This document shows, one piece after another, positions 51,427 through 61,052 of a stretch of DNA of 64,000 bases. The position numbers and the translations under genes are program-made. The DNA lies in the NCBI GenBank assembly GCA_009391835.1, contig QWJF01000007.1:722-64721 (forward strand), given 5' to 3'. This stretch comes from Chloroflexota bacterium. GTDB lineage: Bacteria > Chloroflexota > Anaerolineae > Anaerolineales > UBA11579. Positions within the stretch are counted from its first letter, which is position 1. Each line of letters starts with the position of its first letter. The notes beneath the pieces are model-generated. The model saw only the letters and a list, made by a program, of their open reading frames with translations. It made no database searches and was not told the DNA's origin.

Positions 51427-52182
51427 CTAATCGAACTCAAACTCCATAAAATCCTCTGCCAACACCACCGGTCCATCAAAATTTCGGCTCGCCTCAGCCA
51501 CCAAATCCTGCGGATTCTTTAACCCCGTCGGATAGTGGATCAAATATAAGGCCTTCGCCTTGGCCTGTTTAGCCATCTCGCCCGCCTGCGCTGCCGAACT
51601 GTGCCCCTCCGATTCGCCCGACGCCTCATGCAGCAAAATATCCGCGCCCTGCGCCAACCAGGCCACGTTGGCCGTGGGTGCCGTGTCGCTGGTGTAGGCC
51701 ACCACCTTGCCCGAGCCCGGAAATTCAAAACGCAGCCCGATCGCCGGAACAAAATGGTTCACTGGGTAGCTAACGATCCGCAAATCCGGCGCTTCCAGCA
51801 CCAGGGTCATATTCTTGTTGCGCAGGCGCTTAATGTCAACCGGATATTCCTGCCAGCGCTCCCATTCAAACGCATCCAGGAGTTGCTCCATCAGGCGCAC
51901 CGTATGTTCCAACCCATATAAGTTGAGCTGGTCGTGCCGGCCCAACAACCACATATTCATCAGCAGCAAAGGCACGCCGGAAACATGGTCCGGGTGGAAG
52001 TGAGTCATGATGATGTCAGTGATCGAATTGGGTTCTACGCCAATACGGCGCAGCCGCATCACCGGGTTGCTGGCGCAATCAACCAAAACGCGCCGCGTCT
52101 TCCCAATGAGCAGCATATGGGTGTTATCGTGATTCTCGTCTGGAACGGAATCCGAAGTGCCCAAAATAATCAGCTTGGGCAT
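51427..52182 (-). CDS. MBL-fold metallo-hydrolase (RNase Z-like)
   Basis: THFHPDHVSG (HxHxDH) and downstream His/Asp ligand positions. Confidence 0.8.
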   Translation of the reverse strand: MPKLIILGTSDSVPDENHDNTHMLLIGKTRRVLVDCASNPVMRLRRIGVEPNSITDIIMTHFHPDHVSGVPLLLMNMWLLGRHDQLNLYGLEHTVRLMEQLLDAFEWERWQEYPVDIKRLRNKNMTLVLEAPDLRIVSYPVNHFVPAIGLRFEFPGSGKVVAYTSDTAPTANVAWLAQGADILLHEASGESEGHSSAAQAGEMAKQAKAKALYLIHYPTGLKNPQDLVAEASRNFDGPVVLAEDFMEFEFD

Positions 52183-52195
52183 AAGTCGACCTAAA

Positions 52196-53014
52196 CTAAC
52201 CCTTCGCCAGCTTGGTATTGCTCCGGTGGCGCAAAATCAAAGTTACCGCCGCAAAAACAAGCACGATCGCCATCAGTGTTTGATTGGCATTAAAGCCACC
52301 CACCTCGGACGCATCCAAGCGCAGGAAATCAAGCAGGATCCGGATCACTGGATAGCTGATCAGATAGATAAGAAAAAGGTCTCCGGATTTTAGCCTGTCG
52401 CTATATTTGCGCGCCAGCCACAGCAACAGAAACACGGTTCCCAGGCTCCAAAGCGCCTCGTAAAGAAAGATGGGATGGTAGGTAGCCTGATCCGCAAACT
52501 CAGGCAGCCGATTCTCGGGGGCTATCGTGATTGCCCAGGGCAGGTTGCTGGGTGCGCCGTATAGTTCCTGATTCACGAAATTACCCCAGCGCCCGATGGC
52601 CTGGCCCAAGGGCAGCGCCGGTGCGATCACATCCACCCAATCCAAAAAGTTCTGTTTGCGCCGCTTGGCCATCACATACAGAGCGAGCAATCCGCCCGCC
52701 ACGGCGCCGGGAATTCCCAGGCCTCCGTTCAGTAGATTGATGGCATCCAGCGGATGCGTCAGGTAATACTGCGTGGTGATTCCAACTGCCACCAGGGAAG
52801 GCGAAGGGGTCAGGATGTGCCAGATGCGCGCCCCCACCACGCCGCCGATCACCATCCAGAACAGGCTGTCCCACAGGAAATCGGTGTTCATTTTGTGCCG
52901 TGTCGCTTGGCGCTCAGCTAGATAAGCCGCAGCCAACACTCCAAGCATCAGAATAATGCCGTAAAAGCGTATGTAAAGCGGCCCCAGATGGATTCCAAAT
53001 TGATCGATAGACAT
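52196..53014 (-). CDS. lgt: prolipoprotein diacylglyceryl transferase
   Basis: IRFYGIILMLG, GGLGIPGAVAGG and IGRWGNFVNQELYG motifs. Confidence 0.9.
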   Translation of the reverse strand: MSIDQFGIHLGPLYIRFYGIILMLGVLAAAYLAERQATRHKMNTDFLWDSLFWMVIGGVVGARIWHILTPSPSLVAVGITTQYYLTHPLDAINLLNGGLGIPGAVAGGLLALYVMAKRRKQNFLDWVDVIAPALPLGQAIGRWGNFVNQELYGAPSNLPWAITIAPENRLPEFADQATYHPIFLYEALWSLGTVFLLLWLARKYSDRLKSGDLFLIYLISYPVIRILLDFLRLDASEVGGFNANQTLMAIVLVFAAVTLILRHRSNTKLAKG

Positions 53015-53022
53015 AATCTCTC

Positions 53023-53649
53023 CTAGTTCTTTCGCTGGCGATGGGCCTCTGCCCGAACGTGCCAGATACGCTGCAGGGCCGTCAGATTGGAACCCGCGGC
53101 AATGATGGCCACTCCAATAAAGGGGATGTTAAAGAGCAGCGCCGGACCAAGGATCAAAACCCGCTCGACTCGCGAGAACCATCCCACCTTGGCCTCCATC
53201 CCCAGACTCTGAGCCCGTGCCCGTGTATAAGAAACCAGCATGGAGCCGAACGCCGCCAAATAAACCGCCAGCGACCATCCACTGAGCGTGTGGCCCAGGC
53301 TGTACCAGAGCAGCCCGCCGTATACCACCAGCTCCGAATAGCGATCGGTGACTGAATCCACGAAGGCGCCAAAATCTTCGGATTCGCCTTTGAGCCGCGC
53401 CAGCGCCCCATCCAGCGCATCAATGGGCCCCATCAGCAAAATCAGGAACCCACCCCAACTGAATTCTCCCTGGGAAACCAGCCATGCTCCCACCGAGGTG
53501 CCCACCAGCCCGCTTACGGTGAGCATATTGGGCTGCACCCCCATCCGGTTCAGAAAGCTTGCGGTCGGCTCCAATACCCAGCGAAATGTGCTTCGCAGCC
53601 ATTCGGTAAATGTGGTGCGTTTCTTTCCTTGTTGCACGGTCTCAGCCAA
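53023..53649 (-). CDS. CDP-alcohol phosphatidyltransferase family protein (PIP-synthase-like)
   Basis: DALDGALAR...G.FVDSVTDRYSE matches the D-x2-DG-x2-AR...G-x3-D-x3-D signature. Confidence 0.8.
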   Translation of the reverse strand: MAETVQQGKKRTTFTEWLRSTFRWVLEPTASFLNRMGVQPNMLTVSGLVGTSVGAWLVSQGEFSWGGFLILLMGPIDALDGALARLKGESEDFGAFVDSVTDRYSELVVYGGLLWYSLGHTLSGWSLAVYLAAFGSMLVSYTRARAQSLGMEAKVGWFSRVERVLILGPALLFNIPFIGVAIIAAGSNLTALQRIWHVRAEAHRQRKN

Positions 53650-53736
53650 AAGGGATTCCTACCTTTCAAAAGAATGCCACCAACCCGGCGCTTGATGGCC
53701 AAAGCTTGGGTATGCTAACTCGCTGCCAGAGGGCTG

Positions 53737-55944
53737 TCAAGCGAGGCCCTCGTTCTCGTCTTCGGCGCCGTCCATGTCCATTGAGACTAACACCTCGCGC
53801 TCGCGTCCCCCGCCCTGCACCGGCCCCAGCACACCCATATCTTCCAATTCATCCACCAGCCGCGCCGCCCGTGGATAGCCAATCCGCAGCGCCCGTTGCA
53901 GGTGCGAGGCGCTCGATTTACCCGAACGCCTGATTTCCTCGATGGCTGATTCAACCAATTCGTCCCGGTCCGAGAGCACGGCATCGTTGCGGATCATCTC
54001 GTCCCACGGCGCTCGCGCCTCATCGTCGGTTTCCCAATTCGTCCGCCAATAGCGCACCACGTTTTCCACTTCCCGGTCTGTGATCAACACGCCCTGCGAG
54101 CGCAAGGGTGCCGCCGCCTCCGGGGACAAATACAGCATATCGCCCTTGCCCAGCAGCGCCTCAGCCCCCGTACTATCCAGAATAACCCGCGAATCCACGG
54201 CCGAAGCCACAGCAAACGAAATGCGTGCCGGGAAATTCGCCTTGATCAACCCCGTCACGACATCCGTGCTGGGCCGCTGCGTTGCTACCACCAGGTGAAT
54301 GCCCGTGGCTCGCGCCATCTGCGCCAGTCGCACCAGTGTGCTCTCCGTGTGGTCGGCTGCATTCATCATCAGGTCGGCCAGCTCGTCAATCAACACCACC
54401 AGACGCGGCATCTTGGCCTTATCTTGCCTTCGCTCTACTTTACGGTTGTAACTCTCAAGATCGCGGGCACGCACGCTTTCCAGTTCCTTATAGCGCCGCC
54501 CCATCTCTGCCACCAACCAACGCAGCACCGCCGTGATGCGCTCCAATTCAGTTTCCACCTTGCCCATCAAATGCGGTAACCCGTTAAAGCGCACCAGCTC
54601 CACCATCTTGGGGTCCAGCATGATCAACCTTAAATCCTCGGGACTGTTGTTCATCGCCAGGCAAACGGTAATCGCCGAAATCACCACCGATTTACCCGAT
54701 CCTGTAGTACCCGCAATCAATAAATGCGGCATCTTGGCCAGGTCCGCCGCCACCGGCACGCCGGAAACATCCCGCCCCAGCGCGATTCCCAATTTCGATT
54801 TCAATCGGTGGAAAATATCGCTTTCCAGAATCGGCCTCAGTCGCACCAAAGAAGCCCGCGTGTTGGGCACTTCCACGCCCACATAGGAGCGCCCCGGTAC
54901 GGGTGCCTGAATGCGCAAGCGCTGGGCGGATAGCGCCAGCGCCAGATCCCGCTGCAAAGCCGATATCTGCGACACGCGCACCTTCTGTCCCCGCTCATCG
55001 TCGCCGTTGCCCGGCTTCGGAATATAGCCTGGCTCCACCGCAAATTGCGTCACCGTCGGCCCCACCTTGTAACCCACCACTTTGGCCGGGATGCCAAATT
55101 CGGCCAGCGTGCGCTCCAATAGCCCCGCCGATTGGTTAATATGCCGTTCGTTGGGCCGGTAGCTCTCCTCGGCAGAAAGCAAATCAACGGGCGGTAAATC
55201 CGCTGAACGCGGTGGCGCCTTGGCCGCGGCCTGGTTGGCCTCCCCCGCCCCAAAATCAGCCAACGCTTGAGGGGGTCGCGCCCCTTTACGCCGCCCCTGC
55301 CCCTCGTCCTCGTCCGCTTCATCCCCCTCGCCCTCGAACGGCGAAACAGAGAGCACCTCTGAAACGCGCGCCGCCCGCTTATCGGATTGCTCATCCAGCC
55401 AGTCGCGCGCCCGACCCATTTGCGCCGCCGCCATCAAACCGCTCACCAGGAGCAGGCCCAGCAACACTGCCCCGCTCAATGTACTCGCCATCCACTCGGG
55501 CAGGATGCTGCCAAACAACAGCCTGAAAGCCTCTGCCAATCCCCAGCCCACTAGGCCACCGTCCAGGCCCGTTTCGGCCCGCTCCAGCGAATGCCCCCAG
55601 AGCAGACTAATTAGCCCCAAGCTGGCGAAGGCCGCCAATTCCAGCGCGATCACGCGTCCCCATGCCGATTGCGCCGCTTGCCGCTTATGCATCAGGAGCC
55701 GCCAACCGGCATAAGCCAGCCCACCCACCACCAGTACGCTGCCCCAGCCCAGCCAGCGCCGCCACAACCCCACCCAGGGAGATAGCCAGGCGCCCGTGCT
55801 CAGCCCGCTAAGTGCCAGGATCGTCAGCAGCGCCAGCGCCAGCAGAACCACGCCCGCGATCTCAGCCAAATAGTCGCTAAATAAACTGCGCAACTGGTCA
55901 AGCCGCGCCGGCTTCGGCTCGCTGGCTTTGGAAGATTTAGCCAT
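53737..55944 (-). CDS. ftsK: DNA translocase FtsK
   Basis: N-terminal TM helices, Walker A GTTGSGKS, VVLIDELADLM, and the C-terminal gamma winged helix (RIGYPRAARLVDELE). ATG 55944 overlaps the S1-gene stop (ATGGCTAA). Confidence 0.92.
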   Translation of the reverse strand: MAKSSKASEPKPARLDQLRSLFSDYLAEIAGVVLLALALLTILALSGLSTGAWLSPWVGLWRRWLGWGSVLVVGGLAYAGWRLLMHKRQAAQSAWGRVIALELAAFASLGLISLLWGHSLERAETGLDGGLVGWGLAEAFRLLFGSILPEWMASTLSGAVLLGLLLVSGLMAAAQMGRARDWLDEQSDKRAARVSEVLSVSPFEGEGDEADEDEGQGRRKGARPPQALADFGAGEANQAAAKAPPRSADLPPVDLLSAEESYRPNERHINQSAGLLERTLAEFGIPAKVVGYKVGPTVTQFAVEPGYIPKPGNGDDERGQKVRVSQISALQRDLALALSAQRLRIQAPVPGRSYVGVEVPNTRASLVRLRPILESDIFHRLKSKLGIALGRDVSGVPVAADLAKMPHLLIAGTTGSGKSVVISAITVCLAMNNSPEDLRLIMLDPKMVELVRFNGLPHLMGKVETELERITAVLRWLVAEMGRRYKELESVRARDLESYNRKVERRQDKAKMPRLVVLIDELADLMMNAADHTESTLVRLAQMARATGIHLVVATQRPSTDVVTGLIKANFPARISFAVASAVDSRVILDSTGAEALLGKGDMLYLSPEAAAPLRSQGVLITDREVENVVRYWRTNWETDDEARAPWDEMIRNDAVLSDRDELVESAIEEIRRSGKSSASHLQRALRIGYPRAARLVDELEDMGVLGPVQGGGREREVLVSMDMDGAEDENEGLA

Positions 55945-56944
55945 AGTCCTCAGGCGGGTCCAGCAATTGCGGCTCGGGTGCGTTCTCCTCGTTCCACGGC
56001 TCACCCAGCAATTGCAGGCTCAGGCGCTGCCGCTCCGGTTCTACCTGGATCACTCGCACCTGTACTTTCATCCCACTCTCAAGCACCAGCCGCGGGTCTA
56101 GCCGTTCGTGCAACCCCATTTGCGAAATATGGATCAGTCCCTCCAACCCATCCTCCACCCGTGCAAAGGCCCCAAAATGCACCACTTCAGTAATCTCCGC
56201 CTCGATCTCCTCGCCTGTGGGGTATTTGCTCTGCGCCGTCTGCCAGGGATTGGTCCCTGCTCGCTTCACACTCAGTGATACACGGCCGCGTTCGCTATCC
56301 ATATCCAGCACGACAACCTCAAGCTCGTCCCCCGCCTTGGCCACTTCTTTGGGGTGCCCCACCCGGCCCCACGAAAGTTCTGAGATGTGTACCAGCCCCT
56401 CCACACCGCCCAGATCAATAAACAATCCGAAGGCCGTCACGTTGGTAACCTTGCCTGACATTCGTTGCCCTTTCTCCAGGGTCTCCAGTAAGTTCTGTCG
56501 CGAACCGGGTTGGCTTTCCGCAGCCCGTTCGGAGAGCACTATCCGTCCCCGCTCTGGATCGCATTCGATCACTTTTAACTCGAGTTCCTCCCCCACGTAA
56601 TTCTCCAGGAAGGCATCCCCCTTGCCTCGTCCGCTCAGGTTATCCAGCAGATGGGAGCGCGGCACAAAGCCCTGGAATTCCTGGGCCCGCACCAGCAGCC
56701 CGCCCTGATTGAAGCCAATCACTTCGGCGTAGCAAACCGTTTCCTTTTCTTGCAGTTCTAGCACTCGCGTCCAGTCCACCCAATCCATCGACTGGCCTCC
56801 GCCGTCCTTGCCGCGTTTGGGTTTGCTCGGCCCGCCGCGGCCCCGTTTCGCCGGCCCTTTGTGCTCTTCGGCCATCAAGGATTGCCACCAACCATCTTGG
56901 TTGCCGCTGCTGTTAGTTTCCCAGGGGTATCGTCTTTTCTCCAT
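55937..56944 (-). CDS. protein with three S1 RNA-binding domains and basic N-terminal tail
   Basis: S1-type repeats (GKVTNVTAFGLFIDLGGVEGLVHISEL; AEITEVVHFGAFARVEDGLEGLIHISQM). ATG 56944 is preceded by AAAGGA and lies 32 nt inside the upstream gene. Confidence 0.8.
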   Translation of the reverse strand: MEKRRYPWETNSSGNQDGWWQSLMAEEHKGPAKRGRGGPSKPKRGKDGGGQSMDWVDWTRVLELQEKETVCYAEVIGFNQGGLLVRAQEFQGFVPRSHLLDNLSGRGKGDAFLENYVGEELELKVIECDPERGRIVLSERAAESQPGSRQNLLETLEKGQRMSGKVTNVTAFGLFIDLGGVEGLVHISELSWGRVGHPKEVAKAGDELEVVVLDMDSERGRVSLSVKRAGTNPWQTAQSKYPTGEEIEAEITEVVHFGAFARVEDGLEGLIHISQMGLHERLDPRLVLESGMKVQVRVIQVEPERQRLSLQLLGEPWNEENAPEPQLLDPPEDYG

Positions 56945-58829
56945 CTCGTATCCTTTCACCATCGTCTCGAACATCTTTTTCCATCTCAAGCAACACGTTC
57001 GCCACCGATTCAACGGCCACTCGCTGCTTGCGGTAAAGGTCCGCTTCAGACATAGCCAGCCGTCGGGCGACATCGCGCACCTTGCGCCCCTGCAAAAATT
57101 TCAATTCCAACAAGTTGTAGAGCATCCATTCAGCGTTCAACCGCGATTCCCCTTCAGGCCGGTTGCGCTCAATCGCCTCCCTCAGGATTGCGCGCATGGC
57201 GTTCGCCGGGTTGCCATCGTGTTCGGCCATCGCTTCCTGAACCACCCGCAACCCCCGCAACGGGCTGTCAGTTAACTTCGGTCCGCCCCAATAATGGCTC
57301 AACGCGTCCTTCACCCACTTGCTCAGATCGCTATTCTTGATCTCAAAGGGATCCGCCAGCACTTCGCGCTGGTTATAGCGCGCCGCCGCCCGCTGTCGTT
57401 GGAAGCGTTCAACCCGCGGTGAAAGCGCTTGTAGCGATTGCAGCACAATCTGCTGCTGGCGACGGTCGTCCAGCGCCAGAGCCGCCCGATCAGACAATGT
57501 CGCCAGCCCGTCCTTCTGATCCTCGGTCAGCTTCCCTTTAGTCTCTCTGAACACGCCCAGCAACCCCAGCACCTCATTATCTTCTGGGGCATGCAAGAGC
57601 ATCACCCAGAAGTCGCCCCACGCAAAGATTTCCTGTGGTGAGCGTCCATTTTTCGCCACCTGGGAAAGCTCTGCCTGCTTTTCTTGGTCGCCCAGTACGT
57701 CCTTATCTCCCACCTGTACAACCAGTTCAACCTCTAGATTGTCCAGCGCCGCCACGAACGCAGTCCGCGTCTGGAATCGGTCGCACACCGCAGCCAACAC
57801 CGCTTCCAGAAATTGGCGCAGGTCCCCACTGGTCAACGCACGCTCTTGCAGCGATTGCAGCAATTGAAAATCGCGGTCCTCGCTATCCGCGAACAGCCAG
57901 CGCTCCCAAATTGGCGCCGCAATCGTGATTAAGTGCTCGATCAGGAGCACCGATAGCACTACCAGGATTGGCAACACCACCGTATCTCGCGTGTTCAACA
58001 GCGCCGCCGTCTGGCTCACCAACGGAATAATCGCCAAAACCGCAAACACCGCCACCGGGCCGCGCAACAGCCATTTTAATAGACGGCTGCGCACCACCCG
58101 ATCCGGCCAGGCCACCCCGAAGAACGCCGTCGCGTAGGCCATCGCGATCAGCGCATAGAACACCAGCACGTTGCCTAGCGCCGCCAGCAACATGAACATC
58201 ACCGGGTTGGCCGCCGCGAATTCCGATCCCAAAAACAAGAAGGGATACGAACCCACCGCCAGCGCCGCAGAGCCACCCAATAAATAAGTCATTCGACGGT
58301 GACTGGCGCTCAACACGGTGCGCTCCCGCGCCCGCCAGATCGTCTGTGCCGCCAGCACCATCACCAACGCGTAATAAAACGTAAACACCCACGAGAGCCA
58401 GGTGCGTGCCAGGTGCGCCACCGGAATTCCATCCACCACCAGGGGCCCCACCAACAGGTCGGTAGGCAGCGTAAGGATAAAAGCCCCGGAAATCCCGTAG
58501 GTCAGCCGCACCAAAAAGCGCCGCCGCCCGCGCGAGGGTCGCCCCGTGGTCTCCAGCAGCGCATCCGAAAAATGCAGATAAGCCGCCGGCAGGAAAATAG
58601 TGCCGATCCATTGGAATTGAAGCCAGAATTCCTGGCTGGTGACTTGCCCCGCCGCCCCGCTCACCGCCTCGCCCGAGAAGCTCACCATCACACAGGCCAG
58701 GATCATCACAAAGGCGCGCGACACTCGGTCGCGCAAATTGAAAGTTAGCGCTCGAATGAAAAGCGAGAGCGCGGTGATAGCAATGCCGGCTTCAAAAACT
58801 CGATTGAGGGTCTCTAGCGCATTTAGCAC
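56913..58829 (-). CDS. membrane-anchored putative transcription regulator: 7-8 TM sensor domain - GAF-like region - C-terminal sigma70-region-4/LuxR-like HTH
   Basis: The N-terminal half is polytopic (resembles the histidine-kinase 7TM N-domain). There is no kinase core. C-terminus WMLYNLLELKFLQGRKVRDVARRLAMSEADLYRKQRVAVESVA. Confidence 0.65.
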   Translation of the reverse strand: MLNALETLNRVFEAGIAITALSLFIRALTFNLRDRVSRAFVMILACVMVSFSGEAVSGAAGQVTSQEFWLQFQWIGTIFLPAAYLHFSDALLETTGRPSRGRRRFLVRLTYGISGAFILTLPTDLLVGPLVVDGIPVAHLARTWLSWVFTFYYALVMVLAAQTIWRARERTVLSASHRRMTYLLGGSAALAVGSYPFLFLGSEFAAANPVMFMLLAALGNVLVFYALIAMAYATAFFGVAWPDRVVRSRLLKWLLRGPVAVFAVLAIIPLVSQTAALLNTRDTVVLPILVVLSVLLIEHLITIAAPIWERWLFADSEDRDFQLLQSLQERALTSGDLRQFLEAVLAAVCDRFQTRTAFVAALDNLEVELVVQVGDKDVLGDQEKQAELSQVAKNGRSPQEIFAWGDFWVMLLHAPEDNEVLGLLGVFRETKGKLTEDQKDGLATLSDRAALALDDRRQQQIVLQSLQALSPRVERFQRQRAAARYNQREVLADPFEIKNSDLSKWVKDALSHYWGGPKLTDSPLRGLRVVQEAMAEHDGNPANAMRAILREAIERNRPEGESRLNAEWMLYNLLELKFLQGRKVRDVARRLAMSEADLYRKQRVAVESVANVLLEMEKDVRDDGERIRDGEKTIPLGN

Positions 58830-58857
58830 GCAAACAACCTTTACAACAGCTTACAAA

Positions 58858-59394
58858 CTAAGATAAAGATTTCGCAAAGAAGATCGCAATGTCTTGGTTC
58901 GGATAATAGCGGTCGTGATAGCCGCTGAATTCGAAGGCCAGTTTCTGAGCCAGCCGGATCGCCGGATGATTTTTGGATTGCATCTCGAGCACGATACGCC
59001 GCAGCCCCTGCTGTTTGGCCCATTTCTGCGCTGCCAGCACCAATTGGCTGCCTGCTCCCTGGCGGCGTTTCGGAATATCCACCGCCAAATCGGTAACCCA
59101 GGCCGCCCCCGGTGAAATTGAGGTGTCCACGCACAGGTAACCGATCAGCGCCTCGCCTTTCTCCGCCACCAGTACCGCGGCTCGTTTCTCCCAACCCTCG
59201 GCCAACGCTTCCACCGGGCGTGGGTAGCCTACCGTCATCTTGCGCGGCAGTCGTGCCTCTCTGAATTGGGCTCCGGTGCGCTTCCCTTCGTCGTCAAGGT
59301 CCATTTGCCAAACGAATTCGGTGCTGTAACTGTGGTCAAAAGCAGCCACGCGATCAATATCGTCTGCCTTCGCCGCCCTCACGAGAAATGTCAT
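58858..59394 (-). CDS. GNAT family N-acetyltransferase
   Basis: ATG 59394 (TGATG overlap with the upstream stop). Acetyl-CoA motif KRRQGAGSQLVLAAQKWAKQQG. Confidence 0.8.
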   Translation of the reverse strand: MTFLVRAAKADDIDRVAAFDHSYSTEFVWQMDLDDEGKRTGAQFREARLPRKMTVGYPRPVEALAEGWEKRAAVLVAEKGEALIGYLCVDTSISPGAAWVTDLAVDIPKRRQGAGSQLVLAAQKWAKQQGLRRIVLEMQSKNHPAIRLAQKLAFEFSGYHDRYYPNQDIAIFFAKSLS

Positions 59395-60104
59395 CAGGAG
59401 CTCGCCTCCGGCATCGCAATCCGCACCGGGATCCGGCAGGGCAGCATTTCGTCGCCCGCGCTGTTGGTCACAATCAATTGCAGCACATAGTCGCCCACTG
59501 GAAGCCGCGAAGTGTCCCAATTTTCCACCAACACCCCATCGCGCACCACGTTGCGCCCCGCCTGGATGGTAAGCCACAGTTCCTCCTGCGCCCGCGCCAC
59601 CTCAAATTTGTAAAATCCAAAATTGGGCGCGTCTGCTGTTCCCGTTACCTCAACCGACCCCTGTAGGGTGTCCCCGGCCTTCGGCGATGAAATAAACGCT
59701 TGGTCCACAACGCAGCCTTCCGGATCAATTCGCACTGTCGGCAAAGGGGTCGCCGTCGCAAATTCGAGACCCTCCCCACTCGCTGGCGTCAACGTGGTGT
59801 CTTTGAACAGCGGTTCCACTGCCAGGTTGAGCGTAGGCGTGGCCAGCAGGGCCTGGGCCGGAAGTGTGGGCGCTACAAAAGTCACCATGCTAAATACGAG
59901 CACTCCTGTAAGCAGCAGCAGAAACAGAACCACAGCCGACTGGTTGAGTCGCCCCTGTGCGGCCTGCTGCTCTAAACCATAAACCGCCAGTTGCGATTCT
60001 TGCCAGGCCGTCCAGAATCGGTAAATGTAGAAGATCGCAGCCAGCCCTAAAACGAAGTAAAGGACCGCTTCGTAGGTGATAAAGAAGCTTAGGACCTGTG
60101 CCAT
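59394..60104 (-). CDS. membrane-anchored protein with extracytoplasmic Ig-like C-terminal domain
   Basis: Two TM helices, then a beta-rich domain (GSVEVTGTADAPNFGFYKFEV...GDYVLQLIVTNSAG). Confidence 0.6.
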   Translation of the reverse strand: MAQVLSFFITYEAVLYFVLGLAAIFYIYRFWTAWQESQLAVYGLEQQAAQGRLNQSAVVLFLLLLTGVLVFSMVTFVAPTLPAQALLATPTLNLAVEPLFKDTTLTPASGEGLEFATATPLPTVRIDPEGCVVDQAFISSPKAGDTLQGSVEVTGTADAPNFGFYKFEVARAQEELWLTIQAGRNVVRDGVLVENWDTSRLPVGDYVLQLIVTNSAGDEMLPCRIPVRIAMPEASS

Positions 60105-60122
60105 AGTGGGTCAAACAAAAAT

Positions 60123-60959
60123 CTAGAGTTTCCGAAGCACGCCTCGCAAAAGTTTGGTCAGCTTGGGCACCAGCACCTCGCCGGCCTCAAGCACCTCGTC
60201 ATGCGTGGTTTCGGTGTCTCCATCTAGGTTTGCTTTGTTGCTGATCCCCGAAACGCCCATCACCCGCGTCCCCCCATGATGCGCCACAATTGCCTCCGGC
60301 ACCGTAGACATGCCTACTGCATCCACCCCAGCCCCACGCAAAAAGCGCAGGTCGGCCGGGGTTTCAAACGATGGGCCTGCCAGGCACACGTATACGCCTT
60401 CGCGCAAGCCAACCTTTTCTGCTTTGGCAACATCCCGCGCCACCGCCTGCAGCTTGCGGTCATACACCTGACTCATATCCGGGAAGCGCACTCCGAATTC
60501 ATCGAGGTTCGGCCCGCGCAGCGGATTTTGCCCGGCCATCCCAATGAGATTGAGGTGGTCGGTCAGCAGCATCAGGTCCCCGGGTTCAAAATCCGGGTTC
60601 ACGGCTCCAGCCGCATTGGTCACCATCAAAATTTCGATCCCCAGCCTTTGCATCACCCGCACAGGCAACCCCAACCGGGGCATGTCGTAGCCCTCATAAA
60701 AATGAGTGCGTCCCTGCATGGCCACCACGGGTTGGCCCTCCAGTTCGCCGAACACCAATTGGCCCACATGCCCCCTCACGGTGGAAACCGGCCAGCCCGG
60801 CACCTTGCCATACGGCACCAATTCTGCCTTTTCGATGGCGTCAGCCAGCGGCCCCAGGCCGGAGCCCAGGATCATCCCCACCCGCGGGCGCACCTTGGTG
60901 TGCTTGCGGACTTCGTTTGCTGCAATGTCAATGTGTTCTATGGTGAGGAAATCACCCAT
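60123..60959 (-). CDS. purine nucleoside phosphorylase (trimeric PNP/PunA type)
   Basis: GMILGSGLG, GRTHFYEGY, VTNAAG and MSTVPEAIVA motifs. Confidence 0.88.
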   Translation of the reverse strand: MGDFLTIEHIDIAANEVRKHTKVRPRVGMILGSGLGPLADAIEKAELVPYGKVPGWPVSTVRGHVGQLVFGELEGQPVVAMQGRTHFYEGYDMPRLGLPVRVMQRLGIEILMVTNAAGAVNPDFEPGDLMLLTDHLNLIGMAGQNPLRGPNLDEFGVRFPDMSQVYDRKLQAVARDVAKAEKVGLREGVYVCLAGPSFETPADLRFLRGAGVDAVGMSTVPEAIVAHHGGTRVMGVSGISNKANLDGDTETTHDEVLEAGEVLVPKLTKLLRGVLRKL

Positions 60960-61052
60960 TCACCGGTCTCCAATAAGTTGTTCAGGGCGAAGGACTAACA
61001 ATAAATTGTTCCGGGATTATATCATTGCGCCTGTTCCGGCACGGCCAAAGCC

